From Candidatus Cloacimonadales bacterium (GTDB lineage: Bacteria > Cloacimonadota > Cloacimonadia > Cloacimonadales > DAONDQ01), in contig OY759316.1 of NCBI GenBank assembly GCA_963662275.1, forward strand, positions 2,592,001 through 2,656,000: 64,000 nucleotides of DNA, written 5' to 3'. The notes under the pieces are model-generated. The model saw nothing but the letters and a program-made list of their open reading frames with translations, searched no databases and had not been told where the DNA came from. Position numbers and translations under genes: made by a program. Shown here one piece after another: positions 27,947-37,559 of the stretch (position 1 is its first letter; every line of letters starts with the position of its first letter).

Positions 27947-29791
27947 ATGTCCGAATTGCAGAAGCCTGAGATCAAGCTGGAAGTAAGGAAGAACCTGAAG
28001 AAGCTTCTCCCCTATATCTGGAAGGACAAGTACCTTTTCCTCTTCGGGCTTATCGCCATGATCATCACTTCCGGCATGAGACTTTTAGACCCTCTTATCC
28101 TGGCTCATATCATTGATTACAGCGTTCCCAAGCACAACATGAAGGATATGTTCACCTATGCCGGATACTTCATTGGTGTGATAGCCTTATCAGGCTTACT
28201 ATCCTATATCCAGATCATCCTGCTCTCTCGATTGGGAATCAAGATCATTACTGAATTCAAAGGGCATATCTTTGATCATTTATTAAAGCTGCCAATTTCC
28301 TATTTTGATAAGAACGCCGTCGGTGAGATCATCGCCCGTGTAGAAAGTGACAGTGAACGCGTTCGCATGCTCTTCACAGACTTGTCCGTAGCGATATTGG
28401 GTAATATCATTTTCTTCATTGGTATCTTCAGTGTGCTGCTTGTTAAGCAATGGAAAATCACATCACAATTGATTGTACCACTTATCGTTATCATCGTTCT
28501 TTATTCATTTGTCATTCGATATTTGAATAAGTTCTATAAGCGTTCTCGTGTCCTAAATGCGGATATCACTGCCAAGCTGACAGAGTTTTTACAGGGTATG
28601 CCCATTATCCAACTGTTCAATCAGCAGAAGCGAATTACTGCAAATTTATTCAAATCCAGCAACGAAAAGAAGGATGTGGATATCAAGGCTTCTTTTGTGG
28701 AATATGGCTTCCAAGGGTTCTTTTTCTTCGTTTTTAACATACTTTTCATGATACTCATCATCTTACTCTCGGCACCGAAGATCATCGCCCATACTATGAC
28801 GATTGGAACTCTCATCGTGTTTACGCAATATATCGCCCGTGTGATCTGGCCTCTGATGAATATCTCGGAGAACATCACCAACATCCAGAGAGCTTTTGTT
28901 TCCCTGCAGCGTATCTTCTCCATTACTGAATTGAAGACAGAATATGAAACCCTGGAAGGGAATGCAGAGCCGGTCTTCAATCATTCAATCGAATTCAGGA
29001 ATGTCTGGTTTGCCTATGATGAAAATGAATGGGTACTGCAGGATGTGAGCTTCTTCATTCCCAAAGGCGGAAAGATTGCCCTCGTTGGAGCTTCCGGTAG
29101 CGGTAAGACAACCACAATTAGTCTTATCTGCGGTTTCTACCGAATCCAGAAAGGTGAAATTCTGATTGATGGTGTGAATCTCTACAGCCTGGATATGAAA
29201 AAATGGAGACAGAAACTGGGATTGATTCTCCAGGATATCTATCTCTTCCCGGGTAACATTTTAGAGAATGTACGCATCTACAATGATGAGATAGATCAGT
29301 TGCAGGTTGATAAGGCAATTCGATTAGTGCAGGCACAGGACTTTGTGAACCAACTGCCACATGGCTTATACTCAGAGCTGGCTGAAAGAGGACAGAATAT
29401 CTCTCAGGGAGAAAAGCAGCTTATAAGCTTTGCTAGGGCGATTTGCTTTGAACCGGAAGTCGTCATTATGGACGAAGCAACTGCTTCCATTGACCAGCTC
29501 ACGGAATCCCGCATCCAGAATTCATTGCACACTATGCTGGAAGACAAAACGGCTATTATCGTGGCGCACCGGCTTGCTTCCATACTGGATTCAGATGAAA
29601 TACTCATGTTTCATGAGGGTAAGATCATCCATCGGGGAAATCACAATGAATTGTTAGAAACATCGATAGAGTATAAAAGACTTGTAGAATTGCAGTTCTT
29701 ATCAAATACAAATGAAGAGAGTTCGCCAAACCAAGAAGAATTGGCGAAGCGGAATTCGCCAAACCGAGAAGAGGATGCCAGCCATGAATGA
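27947..29791 (+). CDS. ABC exporter fused permease/ATPase, heterodimer subunit 1 (MdlB/YheH-like)
   Basis: TMD plus 'GASGSGKT', signature 'ISQGEKQ', 'IMDEAT', 'AHR'; ATG 27947 after AGAGGT. Confidence 0.9.
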   Translation: MSELQKPEIKLEVRKNLKKLLPYIWKDKYLFLFGLIAMIITSGMRLLDPLILAHIIDYSVPKHNMKDMFTYAGYFIGVIALSGLLSYIQIILLSRLGIKIITEFKGHIFDHLLKLPISYFDKNAVGEIIARVESDSERVRMLFTDLSVAILGNIIFFIGIFSVLLVKQWKITSQLIVPLIVIIVLYSFVIRYLNKFYKRSRVLNADITAKLTEFLQGMPIIQLFNQQKRITANLFKSSNEKKDVDIKASFVEYGFQGFFFFVFNILFMILIILLSAPKIIAHTMTIGTLIVFTQYIARVIWPLMNISENITNIQRAFVSLQRIFSITELKTEYETLEGNAEPVFNHSIEFRNVWFAYDENEWVLQDVSFFIPKGGKIALVGASGSGKTTTISLICGFYRIQKGEILIDGVNLYSLDMKKWRQKLGLILQDIYLFPGNILENVRIYNDEIDQLQVDKAIRLVQAQDFVNQLPHGLYSELAERGQNISQGEKQLISFARAICFEPEVVIMDEATASIDQLTESRIQNSLHTMLEDKTAIIVAHRLASILDSDEILMFHEGKIIHRGNHNELLETSIEYKRLVELQFLSNTNEESSPNQEELAKRNSPNREEDASHE

Positions 29792-31538
29792 GCATATTCG
29801 TTGGATAGGTAAACGCTGGTGGTCTAACCGGTATTATATCTTTTTACTGCTGCTAATGACATTGGTCAGCTCAGCAGTGGCGATCGGTTATCCTTTCCTT
29901 TTCAAGAAGCTGATCGATGTGCTCAATGCTATTCTTCTCCATCCAGACAAGTATCCGAGTCCGATGAAAGAAGTGTATAAAATATGCTGGTTCTTCCTCT
30001 GGGTAGGTGTGGCACAATTTATCTCCGCTTTCTATCCCGCAATGCGTGCATATATGAATCAGTACTTCGAACATCACTTGAGAATGGAGTTCTTTACGTA
30101 TTGTACGAAAAAGGATTACAAATTCTTCAATCACTTCCGTACAGGTGATTTGGTTACTCGCTTAACCAATGATTTGAGTGACTTCCCAAAGATCGGCTGG
30201 TTCCTCTGCTCCGGTATTTTCAGAGCACTGAGTTCCTTTTCCAGTATCTTTTTTAGTCTAATCGTCATGTTCAACCTGCATTGGAAACTGACCTTGCTAT
30301 CTGTTGCCCCATTACCCCTGATGATGGTGATCTTCTACATTACTTCCAATCGTCTGTATCAGAACTTTCAGAAAAACCAGCAGGCAATCAGTAATATCAA
30401 TAGTCAATTGGAGATGAGCTTTTCCGGTGTAAGAATCATTAAGTCCTTTGTCTGTGAAGAGAAGTATCAACGGTTTTTCAATATCGCTCTTCAGAAACGT
30501 TTCAAGACTGAGATGTCCGTTATCAAGCTGAATGCCGTTCTCGGTTTGATCTACCAGTATATTGGCTACATAGCACAGATATCTGTGATCGTGTTCGGTG
30601 GTTACCTTGTCGTGAAAGGTGAAATTACCGTTGGTACCTTCGTAGTATTCTATACTTATCTTTCCATGATGATCTATCCGCTATTGGATTTACCCCAGCT
30701 CTTTGTATCCGGCAAGCAGGCATTTGTTTGCATCGACCGCCTGGAAGAGATGAAGGACTTCCCCACTTCCTATACTAGCGAAACAGGTTTAAAGAAGATA
30801 GATCATTTGGAGTCCATAGAATTCAGGAATGTGAGCTTCCAATATAATGAGAAAACAAATATGATCCTGGATAATGTATCCTTCCGTTTAGAAAAAAGTG
30901 AAAAAACACTGATACTCGGAGCAATCGGTACTGGGAAATCAACAATACTGGGATTGATCACAGGTATTTTGAAACCCGAAGCAGGCGGTATATTCGTGAA
31001 TGACATGCCAATTGAAGATATCGACCTGGTTTCCCTGCGTTCCAAGATAGGTTATGTTCCGCAAGAACCTCTGCTATTCACAGGAAGTATCAAGGAAAAT
31101 ATCCATTTCGGCAATGAAGCCCTTGACCAGGAATGGTATGATAAAGTACTGCATGCTTCTCAAATGTATGAAGAGATAGAACAATTCAAAGACAAGGACG
31201 AAACCTTACTTGGGCAGCGTGGAGTCAGTGTGTCCGGTGGTCAGAAACAGAGAATTGCCATTGCGAGGGCATTATCACGTCAGCCTGAGCTGCTGATATT
31301 TGATGATATTACAGCCAGCCTGGATGCTGATAATGAACAGAAACTCTGGAATGATATTCTACAGATATACCCTGATGTGACCTCCCTGATGGTATCGCAT
31401 AGGTTATCAACTCTTCGATATGCGGATAGTGTGATCTTCCTTGATTCAGATCATAGACTTGTGAAGTCATCGCATGAAGAGCTCCTGGCAAATGATTCAG
31501 CCTACCAGACATTCATGCTGGAGCGGGAGAAAACGTAG
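29784..31538 (+). CDS. ABC exporter fused permease/ATPase, heterodimer subunit 2 (MdlA/YheI-like)
   Basis: TMD plus 'GAIGTGKS', 'VSGGQKQR', degenerate Walker B 'IFDD', 'SHR'; ATG 29784 overlaps the upstream stop. Confidence 0.9.
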   Translation: MNEHIRWIGKRWWSNRYYIFLLLLMTLVSSAVAIGYPFLFKKLIDVLNAILLHPDKYPSPMKEVYKICWFFLWVGVAQFISAFYPAMRAYMNQYFEHHLRMEFFTYCTKKDYKFFNHFRTGDLVTRLTNDLSDFPKIGWFLCSGIFRALSSFSSIFFSLIVMFNLHWKLTLLSVAPLPLMMVIFYITSNRLYQNFQKNQQAISNINSQLEMSFSGVRIIKSFVCEEKYQRFFNIALQKRFKTEMSVIKLNAVLGLIYQYIGYIAQISVIVFGGYLVVKGEITVGTFVVFYTYLSMMIYPLLDLPQLFVSGKQAFVCIDRLEEMKDFPTSYTSETGLKKIDHLESIEFRNVSFQYNEKTNMILDNVSFRLEKSEKTLILGAIGTGKSTILGLITGILKPEAGGIFVNDMPIEDIDLVSLRSKIGYVPQEPLLFTGSIKENIHFGNEALDQEWYDKVLHASQMYEEIEQFKDKDETLLGQRGVSVSGGQKQRIAIARALSRQPELLIFDDITASLDADNEQKLWNDILQIYPDVTSLMVSHRLSTLRYADSVIFLDSDHRLVKSSHEELLANDSAYQTFMLEREKT

Positions 31539-31542
31539 CAGA

Positions 31543-31701
31543 AGGTTATAGGTTATAGGTTCTAGGGGCTGGGTGTTAGATAGTAGATTTGAAGATCGGT
31601 TCATATCGATACAATTTCTCCTGCGTCGAAATCACTCAATGAACCGTATCTTTTATCCTTCTCTGAACCTGATACCTGTGACCTGACACCTGAAACCTAG
31701 C
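31543..31701. repeat. Composite element: (AGGTnnn) tract - central palindrome - complementary (ACCTnnn) tract
   Basis: aggttat aggttat aggttct... (31543-31591); cggttcat...atgaaccg (31597-31646); acctgat acctgtg acctgac acctgaa acctagc (31667-31701). Confidence 0.7.
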
Positions 31702-31793
31702 TTGATGAAAATAATTATTGACTGAAAACATGATTCGAATTTCAAAAACCTCTAGAGAATAGATTAAACATACTTCCAAAAGGAGTTCGTTAA

Positions 31794-33635
31794 ATGAAGA
31801 AAATATCCATTATCGTTCTTATGCTGCTATTTATATTCGCAACAGTAGTATTAATAGCACAAACACCAAAGAAAGCAACTACAACGAACAAGAGTACAAC
31901 CGGTAAGAGCACTTCAAAAAATACTGCCACAACTGCCAAGAAACCAGCTTCACGACAGGTAGTAGGAACAATTGGTACGAAAAAGATCTATCTCGATGAA
32001 TATAAGACAATGTTGACTAATTATAATCAATATTGGCAAAACAGGGGTGAGAAGATCACACCTGAATCAAAGAAAAAGTTTAATAATCAGTTATGGGATG
32101 AATTAGTCGCCAAAGAAGCCTACAACAAAGATATCAAAAAAAGAAACTTAACAGTCACTCCGGTGGAATTAAATGCACGGACATTATCCAATCCGCCCGA
32201 ACAGGTAAAATCCATTCCGCAATTACAGACTAATGGTAAATTCGATATCTCGAAGTATAAAATGGCTGTCGAAAAAGATACTGTTTTCAAGAAAAACGTC
32301 CAGGCTATTATCATGGATTCATATCCTTATGAAAAACTGTTCAATACGATCAAAGCACAGGTCAAGATCAAACCGGATAGTGTTAAAAATGATTTCATCG
32401 CCAAGAATGACAAAGCCAGTGCCAAGATCATCAGTTTTGATTGGCATACTATGAAGAATATCACGGTTGCTGATTCCGAAATGATGTCCTATTATCAGAA
32501 AAATCTGGAAACTTATAAACGCAATCCTGCTCGCATCGTTAAATATATCAAAATCACAAATGAACCTTCTCAAGCAGACACTCTTCTGGCAAAGACAAAA
32601 GCTGACAGTCTCTACCAGAGATTAGTAGCGGGAGATAGCTTTGAAGAATTAGCTAAGAAATTCTCACAAGATCCTGGTAGCGGAGCAAAAGGTGGAGATT
32701 TGGGTTATTTCACTAAAGATCGCATGATTCCTGAATTTTCCAATACTGCTTTTGGTCTTGAACCTGGTAAATTCAGTGCACCTTTTTCAACTCGCTTTGG
32801 CTGGCATATCGTCAAAACATTCGATAAGCGGAAGAATGCGCAAGACCAGGATGAAGTGAAAGCAAGCCACATCCTGATCAAGTATGAAGCCAGTGCAGCA
32901 ACGAAGCTGGCAAAAGAAGTGCAAGCTACACAAATATATGAAAAAGCAAAAAAAGAAGGTTTAACAAAGGCGATAGAAGGTACTACTAATGTAATACAAA
33001 CAACAGATGAATTTTATGCAGATGCGAAGTATGTGAATGGAATCGGTTCAAACGAAGCTTTAGTAAAAGAAGCTTTTAGTAAAGGCAAGGATGCCTTGCT
33101 GGAAATGAGCACCAATCCTGCAGGGGAAAAAATACTAGCAGAAGTTGCTGATACTATGGGAGTTCATTATCTTACTTTCGATTCTCAAAAAGTAGATATC
33201 AAACGTAAACTGGAGCAGGAAAAGAGTATGGCAGCAGCCAATAAAATGGCAGCAAAATTCTTCCAGGATTTCGGTCCTGATAAATACTTGGAACAAGCCC
33301 AAAAGGATTCTCTAATGATCATAGATGCCAATGATATTACGATCAGTATGAGCATTCCTCGTATCGGTAATAACAAACCCCTATCTGAAGCAATCTTTAA
33401 GACTGAAGTAAATAAGTATACATCCCTTATCACTACCGAAAAGGGAAATTGGATTGCCTATGTAACAACCAGGACGCTTCCGGATATGAAAGAATGGGAA
33501 AAGAAAAAGAGTACTCTGATCAAAGAAGCTCGAGAATCGGCTGAACAGCAACATCTATCCAAGTGGTATATGGGCATTAAGAATTCGGTAACTGTTGTTG
33601 ATAATAGAAAGAATTACTTCGATTTAAAACAATAA
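31794..33635 (+). CDS. Exported parvulin-type peptidyl-prolyl isomerase/chaperone (PpiD/SurA-like)
   Basis: Signal peptide; 'SFEELAKKFSQDPGSGAKGGDLGYF...MIPEF...TRFGWHIVK', 'ASHILI'. Confidence 0.9.
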   Translation: MKKISIIVLMLLFIFATVVLIAQTPKKATTTNKSTTGKSTSKNTATTAKKPASRQVVGTIGTKKIYLDEYKTMLTNYNQYWQNRGEKITPESKKKFNNQLWDELVAKEAYNKDIKKRNLTVTPVELNARTLSNPPEQVKSIPQLQTNGKFDISKYKMAVEKDTVFKKNVQAIIMDSYPYEKLFNTIKAQVKIKPDSVKNDFIAKNDKASAKIISFDWHTMKNITVADSEMMSYYQKNLETYKRNPARIVKYIKITNEPSQADTLLAKTKADSLYQRLVAGDSFEELAKKFSQDPGSGAKGGDLGYFTKDRMIPEFSNTAFGLEPGKFSAPFSTRFGWHIVKTFDKRKNAQDQDEVKASHILIKYEASAATKLAKEVQATQIYEKAKKEGLTKAIEGTTNVIQTTDEFYADAKYVNGIGSNEALVKEAFSKGKDALLEMSTNPAGEKILAEVADTMGVHYLTFDSQKVDIKRKLEQEKSMAAANKMAAKFFQDFGPDKYLEQAQKDSLMIIDANDITISMSIPRIGNNKPLSEAIFKTEVNKYTSLITTEKGNWIAYVTTRTLPDMKEWEKKKSTLIKEARESAEQQHLSKWYMGIKNSVTVVDNRKNYFDLKQ

Positions 33636-33644
33636 ATTCAATAG

Positions 33645-33676
33645 AAAAGGGAAGGTCATTCAACCTTCCCTTTTTT
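33645..33676 (+). terminator. Intrinsic terminator
   Basis: aaaagggaaggt-cattca-accttccc-tttttt, 10 nt after the stop. Confidence 0.85.
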
Positions 33677-33681
33677 ATTGA

Positions 33682-33898
33682 AATGTAGGGGTCAGCGTCA
33701 GCAGTCCCATCCTTTATAGAACGAACTTAACTGAAAATCAGTTTTCGCTACTGAAGATGAAAATGTCGGTTTGAAGTCCATTTGCCCTTTTTGTCAGCTA
33801 TTCATTGATACATAGCTAGGGCAATTGAACTCCAAATCCTTAGTTTTAATGTCAAGTATGTAAAACAGAAAGGGTCTGCTGATGCGGACCCCTACATT
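33682..33898. repeat. REPIN-like inverted pair of a second GTAG REP family
   Basis: aatgtaggggtcagcgtcagcagtccc (33682-33708) vs gggtctgctgatgcggacccctacatt (33872-33898): 27 bp, 3 mismatches; nested IR ttgaagtccatttgccct / agggcaattgaactccaa. Confidence 0.8.
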
Positions 33899-33902
33899 GC
33901 AC

Positions 33903-35294
33903 TTATAAATTCTCGATCAATTTCAGTGGTTTTGAAGCCGTTGCCTGGTTAATCCCATCCACAGAGATTATTCCCAAAACCGGCTTTCCGATCGGTTGTC
34001 CATTTTCTTCCTTAAAGAATTCTACTGGTATAAAAGCAGAGATGCATGCCTCTTCTGTATCAGCCTGGTCAAGAATATGCATCATATAGGGAGATGAATA
34101 TAGCCAGCATAATCCAATTGCAGCAATTCCAGAAGGTTCGTTCACACTCTTGCGCTTTGAATCAATTAACAGTCTTTTCTCCAGTGGCGCGTTGGGAGAA
34201 TTGATACTGGAAGTAACAGTACCCATGCGTTTGCCATGAATATATACACTTCTACCTACTACAATACCTTCAGAAATCACGATTGCCATCTGTTTTTCTA
34301 ACCCTTTGGCTATTTCATTATCCAAGACTTTCTTCCCTACAAAATCTGCTTTATTCATATCAATTGCAGCATCAAATAAGGGTGCTCCCGTGGGAGTATG
34401 ATAATTATCATATTCCTGTCCCATTAAGGGAAGCCCGAAATCTCCAGCGGATAAACGGTTTTCATCCCGACCACCCAAACCAACAAGCAAACCGTCAAAT
34501 TCAAGTGCCTTCAGGACGATCTTCTTGAAGTGCTCTTCAATGAGTTCAACCGGAATATAGAGTTCCCAACCCCATCGATTGGTATAACCGGTACGGCTGA
34601 TGAAGAATTTCTTTCCCTGTAATTCGAATTCATTGAAAGTAAAGAAATTCATATTCTTTTCAGGATTTGATCGATTTCGAAGTACTTCGCTGCCATAAAT
34701 GGATTTAATTAATTTATAGGATAGAGGTCCCTGGATATCGATTTTCACGAATCTATCTGAAATATCCTGGACATGAACATCTTCACCTGGTTTCAAAAAG
34801 GATAATATATGATCAGCATCAGAAAGAAACTGCTTTTCTTCTCCATGATCATCAAGACCTTTCCCTGTTAAATCATGTCCCGCATTGATTACTAAAATGA
34901 ACCTGTCTTCCTTAACGCACATAACGATTAGATCATCTCGAACAGTCCCGTTCTCATTTAGCAGCAAAGAATATTTACAATGTCCTATTTTCATTTCATC
35001 GATACGAGCAGGAAGCACGCGATTTAACAATGAACAGGCATCTTTACCTGTAAATTCAACCTGTGCCATGTGATCAATGTTGTAAATAGCGACTTTGTTG
35101 ATTGCCACTGATTCTTCAAGTACCGATGTTAGATAGTTCACTGCCATGTCATATTGACCAAAATTGCTTCTCTTTACCGGCTCAACGGCTCTGTCAAATT
35201 TCTTGGAAAGCAATTCCTGGTACCATTTTTCTTCCAGATCATACAGGACAGTCTTTCGTGGTGAATTTGGTATATCAAATCCAATTTTTCCCAT
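33903..35294 (-). CDS. Aminomethyltransferase-family protein (GcvT-like)
   Basis: 'IDHM', 'YSLLLNENGTVRDD', 'VINAG', 'IQGP', 'ISRTGYT...GWEL', 'GLGGRDENRL', 'FVGK'. Confidence 0.8.
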   Translation of the reverse strand: MGKIGFDIPNSPRKTVLYDLEEKWYQELLSKKFDRAVEPVKRSNFGQYDMAVNYLTSVLEESVAINKVAIYNIDHMAQVEFTGKDACSLLNRVLPARIDEMKIGHCKYSLLLNENGTVRDDLIVMCVKEDRFILVINAGHDLTGKGLDDHGEEKQFLSDADHILSFLKPGEDVHVQDISDRFVKIDIQGPLSYKLIKSIYGSEVLRNRSNPEKNMNFFTFNEFELQGKKFFISRTGYTNRWGWELYIPVELIEEHFKKIVLKALEFDGLLVGLGGRDENRLSAGDFGLPLMGQEYDNYHTPTGAPLFDAAIDMNKADFVGKKVLDNEIAKGLEKQMAIVISEGIVVGRSVYIHGKRMGTVTSSINSPNAPLEKRLLIDSKRKSVNEPSGIAAIGLCWLYSSPYMMHILDQADTEEACISAFIPVEFFKEENGQPIGKPVLGIISVDGINQATASKPLKLIENL

Positions 35295-35401
35295 GTCATC
35301 TCCTATGAATTTATATTGTAAGTATTAAAATCCGAAAAAACGCTCTTTCTTTTTCTTAATTGATTAACCTATTATTAGTGAGTTATCATATACTGATCAG
35401 G

Positions 35402-36238
35402 TTATTGACCCAAGTTGAGAATGACATTCGGAAGATTTGAATTTTTAGTAGCACCACCAACCATGATTGTTGTTGGAACTTTTCCCCCGGTTTTCTCCCA
35501 TGCAGCAATTAATGATCTTTGTACCTGATAGTTTTCCCATTCTAAAAGCTCTTTTGTAATAGAGAGTTGTTTCAATCTATTAGATTCGGCAATACCCCTT
35601 GCTTCAGCAACTAACTTTGCCGCTTGTGCCGTGCTTGTTCTAACTTGGTTTTCAGCAGCTAATGCTTCTTGTGTGGCAGTCTGCTTTGCTTCAATTGCAC
35701 TTTGGAATTCTGGATTATAGGCAAAATTCACAATATTGAAATCGTCCAGAATTACATCCGCTGTTAACAATCTTTTAGCTAAGGAATCTCGAATATCAGT
35801 TTTTACCATTTCGCGGTAATTTACCAGGTCTGGAGCATTATATCTTGCTGTTGCTGCCTTGACTGCTTCTTGAATCTTAGGGTCAATAATTGTTTTTTCA
35901 ATATCACCTTTGATAGTTTGATATACGATATTGGCTCGTTTTGGGTCAATATGGTAGTTCAGCGCAACGGTTGCAGAAATGACCTGTAAGTCTTTTGATG
36001 CAGCGCTGCAGTTAAGTTCTACTTTGGTTGTTTGAACGTTAATGGGAACTACTTTCTGTATGAAGGGAATGATGGCGTGTAATCCTTCCCCAAGAGCAGT
36101 ATCTCCTACTTTTCCCAAACTTACGAGAACTCCCCTTGTTCCTGGCTTTACGATCGTGAAAGAATGAAAAACAATACTGATACCAACAATGACTAATAAA
36201 ATACGGATAGCTAAATGAACGATTTGCTTTGTAATCAT
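35402..36238 (-). CDS. SPFH/prohibitin (band 7) family membrane protein
   Basis: N-terminal TM; 'VKPGTRGV', 'LGEGLH', 'SKDLQ', 'FQSAIEAKQ.A.Q.A'; ATG 36238 after AAGGAG. Confidence 0.9.
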   Translation of the reverse strand: MITKQIVHLAIRILLVIVGISIVFHSFTIVKPGTRGVLVSLGKVGDTALGEGLHAIIPFIQKVVPINVQTTKVELNCSAASKDLQVISATVALNYHIDPKRANIVYQTIKGDIEKTIIDPKIQEAVKAATARYNAPDLVNYREMVKTDIRDSLAKRLLTADVILDDFNIVNFAYNPEFQSAIEAKQTATQEALAAENQVRTSTAQAAKLVAEARGIAESNRLKQLSITKELLEWENYQVQRSLIAAWEKTGGKVPTTIMVGGATKNSNLPNVILNLGQ

Positions 36239-36638
36239 GTTTTTCTCCTTATCTTTATTGGGGTTTTGTGATATCAAATCCCATGATCCATTATAAACAT
36301 AATGATAATATGCATATTACTTTACTCCGATTTGTAAGGACATATTCAATATCTAAGATGAATTTACTATTGTCAATTAATTGTTTGTAAGTTGCATTTT
36401 TTTTTGTAACACCTTCTTCAGGGGGTTGTGAAGTGAATGAATAAAAGTATTATTTCGAACAAGTATCACGTATATAATTTAGCATACTTACAGCATACAT
36501 TCTCTACCCGTAAAGCATCCATAAAGCATCCTTTAAAAGAATATGATTCTTTCATTAATTTTCAGATGAATTTACTACATATCTTTTACTTTTCTGTTCT
36601 TTATTTGTAGCTTTCAGCTTTTGATTAAGCAAATCAAT

Positions 36639-37559
36639 TCAATTTTTAAAATGTGGAGCAGCCACAGTAAATCTACTTAACATATCTAAAGTCATTTGAT
36701 AAATAGTATTCTGATCATCGTTTTTGATTAAAAACACGTTATTCTCTTTGTCGATGGCAAATGTAAGCTTCACGGTCTTTCCTGATTTATCAGTTATTGT
36801 CACTAGCGCTGCTGGTTTTCGGAAATATTCCTCATAATCATTCCAGCGATTATCAATAAATTGATAGGTTCGCAATGAAGTTAGGGCATTAAAGAGCTTA
36901 CCGGTATATGTGTTTCTTGGATTAAGCTGAAATTTATTACTCGCATCTTGATAGTACCAGGTTTGATTCTCCAGTATGAACCTGTATGAATTGCTTACGT
37001 ATTTGACATCTATCTTTGCTAGATTTTGTAATATTACAGGAACGATAATAGGTGATCTCCACATGAAAATGGAAGGATTGATTGCTTCAGAGATATTGTC
37101 TTTCAATTGATATATTGATTTTGATCCGGGACGACGAGCATAACAGAAGCTAGAATTAAGGCTTTTTCCAACATAGACTCGATCCAGGAGATGCGACTTA
37201 TTATCGTAAATAGAAACAATCACAGCTTCATCGGGTGTAACCTTGTATCTATCCTGGTTTTTCGTATCTTCTGACATCGGTGTTTTAGTTACTTGAACTT
37301 TTAACGCTTTCGAAAAGAAGAGCTTAATCTGATCTGAACTTACTTCCCATTTGATTGGATTGGATAATATCCATCTACCATTAATTTTCTGGATGGTCAC
37401 CTTTTCATTCTTGGATTGGAATTCAAGCTTGGCAATGCGAGTAGAATCAATATCAAAAAAAGATATTTCCTTTTCTGTTCTCTGCTCATGTTTCATATAA
37501 TAGAAGATAGCAAACAAGATACCTAAAATGATCAGTAATTGAATGGTTTTCTTAAACAT
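36639..37559 (-). CDS. DUF4340-like protein of the Gld-type ABC module
   Basis: N-terminal anchor; duplicated 'I.K...W...P' domain; directly follows and overlaps the gldG-like gene. Confidence 0.7.
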   Translation of the reverse strand: MFKKTIQLLIILGILFAIFYYMKHEQRTEKEISFFDIDSTRIAKLEFQSKNEKVTIQKINGRWILSNPIKWEVSSDQIKLFFSKALKVQVTKTPMSEDTKNQDRYKVTPDEAVIVSIYDNKSHLLDRVYVGKSLNSSFCYARRPGSKSIYQLKDNISEAINPSIFMWRSPIIVPVILQNLAKIDVKYVSNSYRFILENQTWYYQDASNKFQLNPRNTYTGKLFNALTSLRTYQFIDNRWNDYEEYFRKPAALVTITDKSGKTVKLTFAIDKENNVFLIKNDDQNTIYQMTLDMLSRFTVAAPHFKN

